A stretch of DNA of 32,000 bases from Synechococcus elongatus PCC 6301 (lineage in GTDB: Bacteria; Cyanobacteriota; Cyanobacteriia; Synechococcales; Synechococcaceae), in NCBI RefSeq assembly GCF_000010065.1, contig NC_006576.1, positions 1,470,001 to 1,502,000 of the forward strand, given 5' to 3'. The first letter of the stretch is position 1. Every line of letters starts with the position of its first letter. Below the pieces are notes generated by a model, which made no database searches, was not told the origin of the DNA, and was given only the letters and a program-made list of their open reading frames with translations. Of this stretch, positions 1 through 8,775 are shown piece after piece. The position numbers and the translations under genes are program-made.

Positions 1-131
1 TAAATCTGCTCATTCTTAGCCTTTTGGTGGAAGGACTGAAGCTGCACTATCTGCCATCGAATTGGGTAGCGATCGCGGTTGTGACGCTCTGGAACTTCTG
101 GCTGAATCGCAAACTGACGTGGGTCGGTTGA
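1..131 (+). CDS. 3' end of a GtrA-like membrane protein gene (5' end outside the window)
   Basis: Frame 3 is open from the window edge to TGA at 129-131. The tail ...LKLHYLPSNWVAIAVVTLWNFWLNRKLTWVG resembles the conserved last helix (WNF..NR..T.) of GtrA-family proteins. It is too short and open-ended to appear in the ORF track. Confidence 0.4.
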   Translation, partial: NLLILSLLVEGLKLHYLPSNWVAIAVVTLWNFWLNRKLTWVG

Positions 132-138
132 TGCACGG

Positions 139-696
139 ATGGAATCCACAGGGTTAAGAATTCATTGGCAGCCCCCTTCGGAATCGGCGCAGAGCGAGCA
201 ACTGATCTACGGAATACACCGCACTCTCTTCGGGGACTGTTTGATTGCCAAGACTGCAATCGGTATTTGTCAGCTGGAGCTGTTTGACAGGCTGAGTCCT
301 ACTGAAGCGCGGCAATATGTCCAAGCAACTTGGCCAAAGGCAGATATCGAGGATCAGCCGACTGCAACGATCGCGATCGCCCAGCAACTCTTTTGCCATG
401 CAGCCAAGGATCCAGACCCACTCTGTCTGCATGTACGTAGCACAGTCTTACAACAGCAAGTCTGGCAATCGCTGCTGCAGATTCCTCGGGGAGCCACCAC
501 GACCTATCAAGCCTTAGCAGTCGCGATCGGACGACCCAAGGCTGCCCGTGCAGTTGGCAATGCAGTTGGTAAAAATCCGATCGCCTACCTCATTCCCTGC
601 CATCGCGTCGTTCGACAGTCGGGGGAATTAGGGGGCTGTCGCTGGGGGCGCGATCGCAAACAACAGCTCTTAGCTTGGGAAGCAGAATGCTTCTAA
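139..696 (+). CDS. ogt: Methylated-DNA--protein-cysteine methyltransferase (Ogt/MGMT family)
   Basis: 185-aa ORF with the diagnostic active-site motif IPCHRVV, preceded by the DNA-binding helix region TTTYQALAVAIGRPKAARAVGNAVGKNPI. Confidence 0.85.
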   Translation: MESTGLRIHWQPPSESAQSEQLIYGIHRTLFGDCLIAKTAIGICQLELFDRLSPTEARQYVQATWPKADIEDQPTATIAIAQQLFCHAAKDPDPLCLHVRSTVLQQQVWQSLLQIPRGATTTYQALAVAIGRPKAARAVGNAVGKNPIAYLIPCHRVVRQSGELGGCRWGRDRKQQLLAWEAECF

Positions 697-2237
697 AAAC
701 CCAAAGCGTCCAGTTGCTGAGTCAGAGGCTTTTCCGTCGCGATCGCTCGCACGAATCCTTGCTCATCTTCACTAAAGTCTTGCCAAGCAGTAAGTTGCTG
801 AGCGAGTAAATCAGCAGTTGCATCTGCGATATCCCCTTGGCGGGCTTGCAGTCGTTGCCGCAACGTTTCTTCCGAAGCTTGGCAATGCAGAATCTGAATC
901 GGAATTTGTTGAGCCTGAGCTGCTGTTAGGGCAGCCCCTCGATAGGCTTGTCGGTCGTATTTCGCATCGAGTATGACGCGATAGCCCGCTTGAGCGAGGC
1001 CCAGTCCTAGGTACAGGAGGCGACCATAAGTGCGATCGCTCATTTCAGGGCTGTAGATCTCAGGCCCGCCCCGTTCCAAGAGCGAGATACCCGCCAAATG
1101 CTTGCGGACAGCGTCCGATCGCAAAATGATGGCTCTCTGCCGTTCCGCGATCGTGCGTCCTAGGGTGGACTTACCCGAGCCCGAAAGACCACTGAGGAGC
1201 AGCAATTCTCCCTGCTGAGCCGGCTGGGCATAGGCATGAGCTAACTGATAGTAAGCAGCCGCTTGATCAAACGCCTGTTGCCGGCGATCGCTGTCAATTG
1301 CTGGATCATCTAACAGAAACGAAGTGACTTTTGCGCGGACATAGGCTTGACGACTCAAATACAGGGGCAAAACCTGTAGCCCTTCCCAATCGCCACTCAT
1401 TTCAGCATAGGCATTGAGAAAAGCTGTGCCTAAATCTTGGCGTCCCCGCGCATCCAAGTCCATGACCAAGAAGGCGATGTCGTACATGGTGTCGACAAAG
1501 CGAAATGGCTCATTGAACTCAATGCAGTCAAAGAGGAAGAGTTGATTGTCCCAACGGCAGAGATTGCCTAAATGCAGATCGCCATGGCATTCCCGGATTT
1601 TGTCAGCAGCCAGCCGCGCTGCAAATAGGTCAGCTTTCGTATCAAAGAAGCGATCGCTAAAGGCTTTGGTTGTGTCAAATTGAGCCTGAGTCTGTGGACC
1701 GCCGATATAGTGCAGAGTCTGCTGATAGTTCTCATCAAATGCTTTGCGGATCTGGGCAACTTGACCGTAGCTGCGGACATGGTCATCAACCCAGGTTTTA
1801 GTATGAAACTCAGCAACGACCGCTGCCAATTGCCGCATCACGCTAGCATCGAGCTGACCAGACTCAAATTGTTCCGAAAATAAGCAGCCCTTGGGAAACT
1901 GCTTCATCTGCAACACATATTCAGCGGCTGGCTCTGTTTCAGCAAACTGATAGCGATCGCCGGCTTGTGAAATTGCCAAGACTTGCTGATAAAGCGGGGC
2001 AGCAGTCCGTTGATTGAGCCGCAGTTCTTCCTGGAGAAAATGCTGGCGCTTTTCGAGTGTTGAATAATCTAAAAAGCCAAAATAAACCGGTTTTTTCAGC
2101 TTGTAAGCATAGGGACCAGTCAGCAGAACGTAGGAGCAGTGCGTTTGATAAAGCTGGACTGGGGCTTCGACCACATGCGGATAAAACTCAGGCTGCAACA
2201 TCTGCTGAATTAAAGGAGGCAGAGCAGCATCCGTCAT
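693..2237 (-). CDS. Fusion protein: N-terminal aminoglycoside-phosphotransferase-like (APH/protein-kinase fold) domain plus C-terminal P-loop kinase (AAA_33-like) domain
   Basis: 514-aa ORF. It has the kinase catalytic-loop motif HGDLHLGN and a downstream FDCIEF. The C-terminal Walker A is LSGLSGSGKSTLGR. Its stop overlaps the ogt stop by 4 nt (convergent). Confidence 0.8.
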   Translation of the reverse strand: MTDAALPPLIQQMLQPEFYPHVVEAPVQLYQTHCSYVLLTGPYAYKLKKPVYFGFLDYSTLEKRQHFLQEELRLNQRTAAPLYQQVLAISQAGDRYQFAETEPAAEYVLQMKQFPKGCLFSEQFESGQLDASVMRQLAAVVAEFHTKTWVDDHVRSYGQVAQIRKAFDENYQQTLHYIGGPQTQAQFDTTKAFSDRFFDTKADLFAARLAADKIRECHGDLHLGNLCRWDNQLFLFDCIEFNEPFRFVDTMYDIAFLVMDLDARGRQDLGTAFLNAYAEMSGDWEGLQVLPLYLSRQAYVRAKVTSFLLDDPAIDSDRRQQAFDQAAAYYQLAHAYAQPAQQGELLLLSGLSGSGKSTLGRTIAERQRAIILRSDAVRKHLAGISLLERGGPEIYSPEMSDRTYGRLLYLGLGLAQAGYRVILDAKYDRQAYRGAALTAAQAQQIPIQILHCQASEETLRQRLQARQGDIADATADLLAQQLTAWQDFSEDEQGFVRAIATEKPLTQQLDALGF

Positions 2238-2391
2238 GGTTTTGGCCTAGAGCAACAGTTCTACCGTGGCACGATCGTCAAAGCTTGAGCAAGCGCGATC
2301 GCCGGAATCCCAGCGCTAGGATGCAACTATCGGGATTCAGTTGCGGGAACCCTCAGCACTGTCTCACCCCCTGCTTGGGGAGAGGTCGATC

Positions 2392-2724
2392 ATGAAACAC
2401 GCAACAGCGCCTAACAGTGACCAACAAATTTATCAGTTGTCATTTCTCTGGAACGGGGCCTATTGGACCGATAGCGACGGCATCTCTCACTTTGACCTCC
2501 TGCTCAAGGCAGTGATGCCCACTGATCGCCAGCCCCAAGCTGCCACGATTTGCTTCTCCTCAGAACCGCAGCCCCACAGTGAGCACTCTCTCGATCTGAT
2601 TCGAGTCGATACCTACATCGACACCTATACAGTGCCGGCTTTGCCGGACTTGCCCCTGATCCCCATCACTAGCGATCATCTCCCTAAGCTGCCCGTCTGG
2701 TGGCTAGATTTCCTCTTCGATTGA
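2392..2724 (+). CDS. Hypothetical protein (110 aa)
   Basis: ATG at 2392 is preceded by GGGGAGAGG (SD-like) 7-8 nt upstream. The track ORF starts at a TTG at 2341. I recognise no motif. Confidence 0.45.
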   Translation: MKHATAPNSDQQIYQLSFLWNGAYWTDSDGISHFDLLLKAVMPTDRQPQAATICFSSEPQPHSEHSLDLIRVDTYIDTYTVPALPDLPLIPITSDHLPKLPVWWLDFLFD

Positions 2725-3027
2725 GCCTTAGTAGACGCGGATTGAGCGATCGCGAGTCCTTCAGGCGATCGGCATTGAGCAGAGAGGTTAGAACGTTTTT
2801 GCCTTAGCTGATGAGGCGCTAACCGGTGGTCAATACCAGCTAGTTTTACCCGTAGCGATCGCTGCTTCACCGATCAGTCTCATCCGAACTCTTGTTGCGG
2901 GGGTTGGGGGAAGGCAAGTTCTCCATAGTGCGCGCGGTGGGGGTGCGCAATCACCCTTGCGGACAGAGTCCATCCAAAACCCAGTCGTCCTAACCTGCTT
3001 ACAGACCGCTACAGGCAACCCTGCCAA

Positions 3028-3678
3028 CTACGCTGAGGCCGAAGGAGGGGCCGTGGGCAATGCTGTTGGCTGAAAGCAGTAGTACAAGGCATTGTTATCC
3101 ACCACTTCAGGACTTGCTTCAAGGAGGCTAGCTTCCGCTTCCAGAAAAGCTCGGAGATCCGCCGTCGGCCAAGTCACCAAAGCACTGGCTTGGGTCACCC
3201 AATCCACCAAACTGACGCGACCCTGATTCTGTTGAATGAGGTCATGCAGCAGGCGGCGCAGTTGCTGTTGCTGTTCTTGCCGCTGCGGATCAAAAGGAAA
3301 GCGATAGCGGATGTTGCCCAGCTCATCCGAGCTGACTTCCGCATTGAGCAGCAGAGCTTCGGTCTTCAAGAAGGATTTCAACTCCTCCGTGGGCCAAGGC
3401 ACGCGGGCACTGGCACAAGTCACCCACTCAATCACCCCCAAACTTCCCTGGGACTCGCGAATTAAACCATGCAGAAACCGCTGCAAACGTTGCCGTTGGC
3501 GCAGCTGCCGCTGTTTGCGAAAGTTTAGTTCTAGTAAGCTTCCCGCGCTTGTCGCGACCAAACCGCCGCCGCCAAACAGAATGATGCTAGCCTCCTGTTG
3601 TTCGCGGCTATAACCCCATGCTGCGGGATTGGTACTGGCGATCCCGATTCCCAAGACTAAGCTAGGCACTCCACCCAA
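3028..3678 (-). CDS. Hypothetical protein with a Gly-rich hydrophobic N-terminus and an internal tandem duplication of a ~70-aa domain
   Basis: 216-aa ORF with no internal Met, so it must use a non-ATG start (TTG at 3678 or a downstream GTG/TTG). Residues 63-131 and 138-204 align at about 50 % identity (LxxLLHxLIxxxQGxxxxxxWVTxASAxVxWPTxxLxxFLxxEAxLLxA). Confidence 0.55.
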   Translation of the reverse strand: MGGVPSLVLGIGIASTNPAAWGYSREQQEASIILFGGGGLVATSAGSLLELNFRKQRQLRQRQRLQRFLHGLIRESQGSLGVIEWVTCASARVPWPTEELKSFLKTEALLLNAEVSSDELGNIRYRFPFDPQRQEQQQQLRRLLHDLIQQNQGRVSLVDWVTQASALVTWPTADLRAFLEAEASLLEASPEVVDNNALYYCFQPTALPTAPPSASA

Positions 3679-3841
3679 AAGGAGGTGACAGCTAGGAGCC
3701 GCTGTAAGTACAGATCCACCATGCGCCGATCCCCGTCTCTTAACGTTGAGTATGGCGCGATGACCCCACTCCTGAGAGCCGCGTTACTGCCTCGGTTTTC
3801 AGCGAGACTAGAGCTAGTTTTGTTTGGCGATCGCCCGATTC

Positions 3842-4165
3842 ATGAGTGAAGAGCAGCAGACCCGACCGGCTGAAACGCCCGCTGGCAATCCACCACCAAC
3901 GCCACTGAGCTGTTGGAGTGGTTCGGCAGTATCAGGGGCGATCGCGGTAGGCGCCTACTTCCTGACGGTGTCGATCGCCAGTAGTTTTGCCGCCAAGCCT
4001 CTGCCGACCGGCAACGCCTTTGCCCAAAACATTGCGGTCGCGGTACGAACGCTCATCGTCGGCATGGGTGCACTGGCGACTGGCATTTTTGGAATTGTGG
4101 CGTTGGGCTTGCTCCTACTTGGTATTCAAGTCGGGCTGCAAGGTTTACGCAAAGCCCAAAGCTAG
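3842..4165 (+). CDS. Small membrane protein, DUF3082-like
   Basis: 107 aa from the ATG at 3842, with two predicted TM helices. The motif NIAVAVRTLIVGMGALATGIFGIVALGLLLLGIQ matches my recollection of the cyanobacterial/plastid DUF3082 family. Confidence 0.55.
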   Translation: MSEEQQTRPAETPAGNPPPTPLSCWSGSAVSGAIAVGAYFLTVSIASSFAAKPLPTGNAFAQNIAVAVRTLIVGMGALATGIFGIVALGLLLLGIQVGLQGLRKAQS

Positions 4166-4614
4166 GCCGTTGTGGTTGAGGCAGCTTGCCGCTGTTGCCA
4201 CCACTGCCAAATCGCTTGGGTGATCAGGTGGCTGAGTAGTCCGAGTGGGCCGGCAAATAAGCAGAGAACCAAGGAGTGACGCACGGGAAGGCCCGGTTTC
4301 TCGGCTGCGGTTTGGGCCACCCATCGCCCCACAAACAGATCCAGCACGACAAAGTGAATCCAACCCGCTGCGGTCACGCCCGGGTCGGCGAAGGCCTGAG
4401 CAATATCAGCTAGCTTGGGGCTGGCTAGGGCAGCGGCAGATTCTGGCGAAACAGCGGTCACCAGCAAGAAGAGATAGGCGATCGCGAGGACTGCGAATGG
4501 GTAGGGCGAGTTGATAATCCGCTGGGTCCAAGTCCAGCGAGGTCGCCCAATCAACAAGAGCCAAAAGGGCAAGACAGCCAAATTGGCACCGTTAAAAAAG
4601 AGTTCAGCCAGCAT
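4162..4614 (-). CDS. ABA4-like (DUF4281) membrane protein
   Basis: 150 aa from the ATG at 4614 (the track start at 4638 is a TTG). It is a multi-TM protein, and the N-terminus MLAELFFNGANLAVLPFWLLLIGRP is typical of ABA4/DUF4281 proteins. Confidence 0.55.
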   Translation of the reverse strand: MLAELFFNGANLAVLPFWLLLIGRPRWTWTQRIINSPYPFAVLAIAYLFLLVTAVSPESAAALASPKLADIAQAFADPGVTAAGWIHFVVLDLFVGRWVAQTAAEKPGLPVRHSLVLCLFAGPLGLLSHLITQAIWQWWQQRQAASTTTA

Positions 4615-4716
4615 CGGAGCAGCCCAGGAACGCCACAACGTCTCAAATGTAACGATTGGCAGCCAGTCGGCGAGGGGATCGCTAGGCTGAAAGCAAACGA
4701 TGGAAGCGCTTGCACT

Positions 4717-4821
4717 ATGACTGCTTTGACCTACAGCGACCTCGGCCTGCTCATTCTCTTTCTGTCGCCGGGGCTGCTGCTATCAGTGTTAATTCTGGGG
4801 ACTTTTGCCAAGGGCGGCTAG
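4717..4821 (+). CDS. Candidate 34-aa single-TM micro-protein (not in the ORF track)
   Basis: ATG..TAG ORF encoding MTALTYSDLGLLILFLSPGLLLSVLILGTFAKGG. It has one hydrophobic helix and 23 of 33 third codon positions are G/C, as in genuine genes here. It lies in the 260-bp gap upstream of pdhB. I recognise no family. Confidence 0.25.
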   Translation: MTALTYSDLGLLILFLSPGLLLSVLILGTFAKGG

Positions 4822-4898
4822 GACGATCGCTATCCGAGCCTGAAGGCAACCGGCTATCATTCTAAGATTGCGCAGACTTTGCCGCCTTCGAGGAACCC

Positions 4899-5879
4899 AT
4901 GGCCGAAACCTTCATGTTCAACGCCCTACGGGCTGCAATCGATGAAGAAATGGCTCGTGACCCCAATGTTCTTGTCCTCGGAGAGGACGTGGGTCATTAC
5001 GGCGGTTCTTATAAAGTCACCAAAGACCTCTACCAAAAGTACGGCGACTTTCGGTTGCTCGACACGCCGATCGCCGAGAATGGCTTCACAGGGATGGCTG
5101 TCGGTGCAGCCATGACCGGCCTGCGGCCGATTGTGGAAGGCATGAACATGGGCTTCTTGCTCTTGGCCTTCAACCAAGTCGCCAACAACGCGATGCTCCG
5201 CTACACCTCCGGCGGTAACTTCACGATTCCGATCGTCTTCCGCGGTCCTGGTGGCGTCGGTCGCCAACTTGGGGCAGAACACTCGCAACGGTCGGAAGCC
5301 TACTTCCACGCAGTGCCCGGCCTAAAGATTGTGGCCTGTTCGACGCCCTGCAATGCCAAAGGTCTTCTGAAAGCGGCCATCCGCGACAACAACCCCGTGC
5401 TGTTCTTCGAGCACGTGCTGCTTTACAACCTCAAAGAAGACCTGCCCGACGAAGAGTACATCTGCCCGCTCGATAAGGCGGAAATCGTCCGTCCCGGCAA
5501 GGATGTCACAGTCCTCACCTACTCCCGCATGCGCTACCACTGTCTGCAGGCGGTGAAGACACTGGAAAAAGAGGGCTTTGATCCGGAAGTGATCGACTTG
5601 ATTTCGCTCAAGCCCTTCGACTTTGAAGCGATCGAAGCATCGGTGCGCAAAACCCACCGCGTCGTCATCGTTGAAGAATGCATGAAGACAGGCGGTATTG
5701 CAGCGGAGCTGTCGGCAGCCATCATGGAGCGCTGCTTTGATGAACTGGATGCGCCGGTAGTGCGTCTGTCATCACAGGACATCCCCACGCCCTACAACGG
5801 CAAGCTAGAAAACCTGACGATCGTGCAGCCCGAGCAAATTGTGGCTGCTGTCAAAGATCTCTTGTCTGCTAAGGTCTAG
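4899..5879 (+). CDS. pdhB: Pyruvate dehydrogenase E1 component, beta subunit
   Basis: 326 aa. Family signature [28 protein letters not shown], with a transketolase-like pyrimidine-binding domain and C-terminal domain throughout. Confidence 0.95.
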   Translation: MAETFMFNALRAAIDEEMARDPNVLVLGEDVGHYGGSYKVTKDLYQKYGDFRLLDTPIAENGFTGMAVGAAMTGLRPIVEGMNMGFLLLAFNQVANNAMLRYTSGGNFTIPIVFRGPGGVGRQLGAEHSQRSEAYFHAVPGLKIVACSTPCNAKGLLKAAIRDNNPVLFFEHVLLYNLKEDLPDEEYICPLDKAEIVRPGKDVTVLTYSRMRYHCLQAVKTLEKEGFDPEVIDLISLKPFDFEAIEASVRKTHRVVIVEECMKTGGIAAELSAAIMERCFDELDAPVVRLSSQDIPTPYNGKLENLTIVQPEQIVAAVKDLLSAKV

Positions 5880-5915
5880 GCTAGCGATCGCCGATCTGCC
5901 GTATTCAGAAACATC

Positions 5916-7310
5916 ATGGGAAAACAGCAGAGTCCGCTGATCTTAATTCTGGCCTTGGTAGCCGCTGCCATCTTTGTCTTGGTGCAGCTCCCGATTCGCC
6001 TCGGTCTCGATCTCCAAGGGGGCTCGCAGTTAACCATTCTGGTTAAGCCCACAGCCGAAATCCCCTCAGTGGGCGATCGCGAGCTTGAAGCCGTTCAGCG
6101 CGTGATCGAAAATCGGGTCAACGGGCTGGGTGTGTCGGAAGCGGTGATCCAAACCGCTGGCAGCGACAAGATCTTGGTTCAACTGCCGGGCGTCAGCAAT
6201 CCCGAACAAGCAGAACGGGTGCTTGGCGGAACGGCTCAGCTGGAATTCCGGGAGCAAAATCCGGGAACCGAAGCGCAGGTGACACCGCTGCAGCAGCTCG
6301 TCTCCCAAGCGCGAGGCGCCCTAGAGATCGAGCGACGCAATGGCGATCCGACCAAGGTTGCGGAGCTGGAGCAAACCCTTGAGCGATCGCAGGTAGAACT
6401 TGCCAAGTTTTTTGGCCCTGCCCAAATCACTGGCAAATCCCTGAAGGATGCCCTCGCTCAGCCCACTCAGACGGGGAATACCTGGGAAGTGGCCCTACGC
6501 TTCGATACCGAGGGCGGTGACCAGTTTGCAGCGCTGACCAAAAATTTGGCGGGCACCGGTCGCAGCATCGGCATTTTCTTGGATGGTGTCTTGATCAGTG
6601 CGCCAGTGGTTGGGCCAGAGTTTGCCCAAACTGGGATCACCGGAGGCAGCGCCGTCATTACTGGCCGCTTTACGACCGAGCAGGCAGAGGATCTGGCAAT
6701 TCAGTTACGGGGCGGCGCACTGCCCCTGCCGGTTGAAATCGTCGAAAACCGCACCGTCGGTGCCACCCTCGGTCGAGACAGCATCCAACGCAGCATCTAC
6801 GCCGGCATTGGCGGCTTGCTCCTCGTCCTCATTTTCATGGTGGCCTACTACCAGCTACCGGGCTTGATTGCCGATATCTCTTTGGCGATCTACGCTCTGC
6901 TATCGCTGGCGGCCTTTGATCTGCTGGGCGTGACCTTAACCCTACCGGGCATTGCGGGTTTCCTGCTAAGCATCGGCATGGCCGTGGACGCCAACGTCTT
7001 AATCTTTGAGCGGACTCGCGAGGAGTTGCGGGCCGGTAAGTCGCTCTATCGCTCTGTGGAATCCGGCTTCTATCGAGCCTTTAGCAGCATCTTGGACAGT
7101 AATGTCACGACGCTGATCGCCTGTGGTGCACTGTTTTGGCTGAGCAGCGGCTTGGTCAAGGGCTTTGCACTGACACTAGCGATCGGGGTGATGGTCAGCA
7201 TGTTCACGGCGATTACCTGTAGCCGGACGCTGATGTTCCTAGCGATCGCCTATCCAGCCCTGCGCAAGCCGCAACTGTTCGACCGCCGTCTGTCTGCAAC
7301 CAAATCCTGA
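5916..7310 (+). CDS. secD: Protein translocase subunit SecD
   Basis: 464 aa. It has an N-terminal TM helix, LGLDLQGGSQL, a periplasmic domain, and a C-terminal 5-TM block with GIAGFLLSIGMAVDANVLIFERTREE. Confidence 0.95.
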   Translation: MGKQQSPLILILALVAAAIFVLVQLPIRLGLDLQGGSQLTILVKPTAEIPSVGDRELEAVQRVIENRVNGLGVSEAVIQTAGSDKILVQLPGVSNPEQAERVLGGTAQLEFREQNPGTEAQVTPLQQLVSQARGALEIERRNGDPTKVAELEQTLERSQVELAKFFGPAQITGKSLKDALAQPTQTGNTWEVALRFDTEGGDQFAALTKNLAGTGRSIGIFLDGVLISAPVVGPEFAQTGITGGSAVITGRFTTEQAEDLAIQLRGGALPLPVEIVENRTVGATLGRDSIQRSIYAGIGGLLLVLIFMVAYYQLPGLIADISLAIYALLSLAAFDLLGVTLTLPGIAGFLLSIGMAVDANVLIFERTREELRAGKSLYRSVESGFYRAFSSILDSNVTTLIACGALFWLSSGLVKGFALTLAIGVMVSMFTAITCSRTLMFLAIAYPALRKPQLFDRRLSATKS

Positions 7311-7319
7311 GGGTGAACC

Positions 7320-8264
7320 ATGACGTTACAACTCACGGCTCAGCGTCGGCGTTGGTGGTGGATTTCCGCCATTCTGGTCATCGTCAGCATTGCGGGCATG
7401 GCAACCTCGTGGCTGCAGTTTGGCGGTCCCGTGCGCCCCGGCTTGGATTTTGTCGGGGGTACTCGTCTGCAGCTCGAGCGCGACTGTACAAAAGCGCAAT
7501 GCGATCGCCGGCTCGAAGCAGGAGCGATTCGGGAGGTTCTGACGTCGGCAGGACTGGAGCGCAGCAACGTGCAAGTCATCGGCCAAGAACAACAGGGCTT
7601 TGTGATCAGCACGGGGGACTTGAGCCCTGAGGCGCGGACTCAGCTCCAGAACAAACTAAGTGAGCAGTTTGGCCCCTTTGACCCCCAGCAGACCCAAATC
7701 GACACAGTTGGCCCAGTCCTGGGTCAGCAGCTCCTCAGCTCAGGCCTTTTAGCACTGCTGGTATCCTTCGCCGGCATCTTGGTCTACCTGAACTTCCGGT
7801 TTCAGCGCGACTATGCTCTGCTAGCCATTCTGGCGCTCTTCCACGACGTGTTTATCACGGCTGGGGTATTCGCTTGGTTGGGTATCCTCGCTGGCTATGA
7901 AGCGGACAGTTTGTTCATTGTTGCTTTGCTGACAATTACCGGCTTCTCGGTCAACGACACGGTGGTCATCTACGATCGCATCCGCGAAACGAATAGCCTT
8001 TTCCCAGAAGACGACATCGACGAAATCGTCGATCTCTCGGTCAACCAAACCCTAGGGCGATCAATCAATACAACCCTAACTACCCTGTTACCCCTCATCT
8101 CGATCTATATCTTTGGCGGAGCGACACTCCAGAACTTTGCCCTTGCCTTGATCGTCGGGTTTGTTTTAGGAGCCTATTCGAGCATTTTCATCGCCAGTAC
8201 CCTGCTAGGTTGGTGGCGTAAACGCACGCCCCAATCGCCGCAACCCATCAATGCTGAAACCTAA
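7320..8264 (+). CDS. secF: Protein translocase subunit SecF
   Basis: 314 aa, starting 9 nt after secD. Motifs GLDFVGGT and [20 protein letters not shown]. Confidence 0.95.
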   Translation: MTLQLTAQRRRWWWISAILVIVSIAGMATSWLQFGGPVRPGLDFVGGTRLQLERDCTKAQCDRRLEAGAIREVLTSAGLERSNVQVIGQEQQGFVISTGDLSPEARTQLQNKLSEQFGPFDPQQTQIDTVGPVLGQQLLSSGLLALLVSFAGILVYLNFRFQRDYALLAILALFHDVFITAGVFAWLGILAGYEADSLFIVALLTITGFSVNDTVVIYDRIRETNSLFPEDDIDEIVDLSVNQTLGRSINTTLTTLLPLISIYIFGGATLQNFALALIVGFVLGAYSSIFIASTLLGWWRKRTPQSPQPINAET

Positions 8265-8649
8265 GACAGACACTTCGTCTTCAGCACTTCGCAATCGCCA
8301 GATCCAGTTTCTGAGGGTTTGGCGGCGGCGTCGCCAACAGCCCAGAATTTGGCTAGCTAGCCTAGGATTGCTTTGGAGCCTCTGGGATCTAAGGGCTGAA
8401 TGGCTGCTGATGGCGGAGCAATTTACCTGGGCAGCACTACGCTATGCCATGCTCTACCATCTGTTGACTTGGCTAGTGCTGATCGTCTGTCTGACCAGTT
8501 TGCTAGGCATTCTGGTCGATCGCTGTTGGCCCCAACGCCGCGATCGCCGTCTCCAGCGTCAGCTCGATCGCATTTTGGCGGTGGGTGCCCGCCATCCTCT
8601 CTGGCAGCGACTGCACAGCCTCGGTAGCGAGGGGAGTAGCGCTTCCTAA
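8251..8649 (+). CDS. Hypothetical Arg-rich membrane protein, probably co-transcribed with secDF
   Basis: 132-aa ORF whose ATG overlaps the secF 3' end by 14 nt. It has two hydrophobic helices, native composition and contains HIP1. Confidence 0.45.
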   Translation: MLKPKTDTSSSALRNRQIQFLRVWRRRRQQPRIWLASLGLLWSLWDLRAEWLLMAEQFTWAALRYAMLYHLLTWLVLIVCLTSLLGILVDRCWPQRRDRRLQRQLDRILAVGARHPLWQRLHSLGSEGSSAS

Positions 8650-8713
8650 ACTGACGGCCTTGCAGTCAGGCTGGGCCAGGATCGTGTTCGGGCGCATCAT
8701 TGCATGACATCCC

Positions 8714-8750
8714 CAAGCAAAAGACCCACCAAAACTGGTTCGGTGGGTCT
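8714..8750 (-). terminator. Rho-independent terminator of ilvB
   Basis: Perfect 9-bp stem AGACCCACC (8722-8730) / GGTGGGTCT (8742-8750) with an 11-nt loop. On the minus strand it is followed by TTTGCTT. It lies 26 nt downstream of the ilvB stop. Confidence 0.6.
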
Positions 8751-8775
8751 CCTGAAGACTGCCTAAAAAGCAGCT

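Noticed and set aside
2725-3027. 303-bp ORF-free spacer between convergent genes, with G-runs (GCGGGGGTTGGGGGAAGG ... GGTGGGGGTG) and small hairpins; I considered an sRNA gene or a G-quadruplex
   Set aside because: There is no promoter-plus-terminator pair and no match to any RNA family I can recognise (tmRNA, RNase P, SRP, 6S). The G-runs are too few and too far apart for a canonical four-run G4. The hairpins are only 5 bp.
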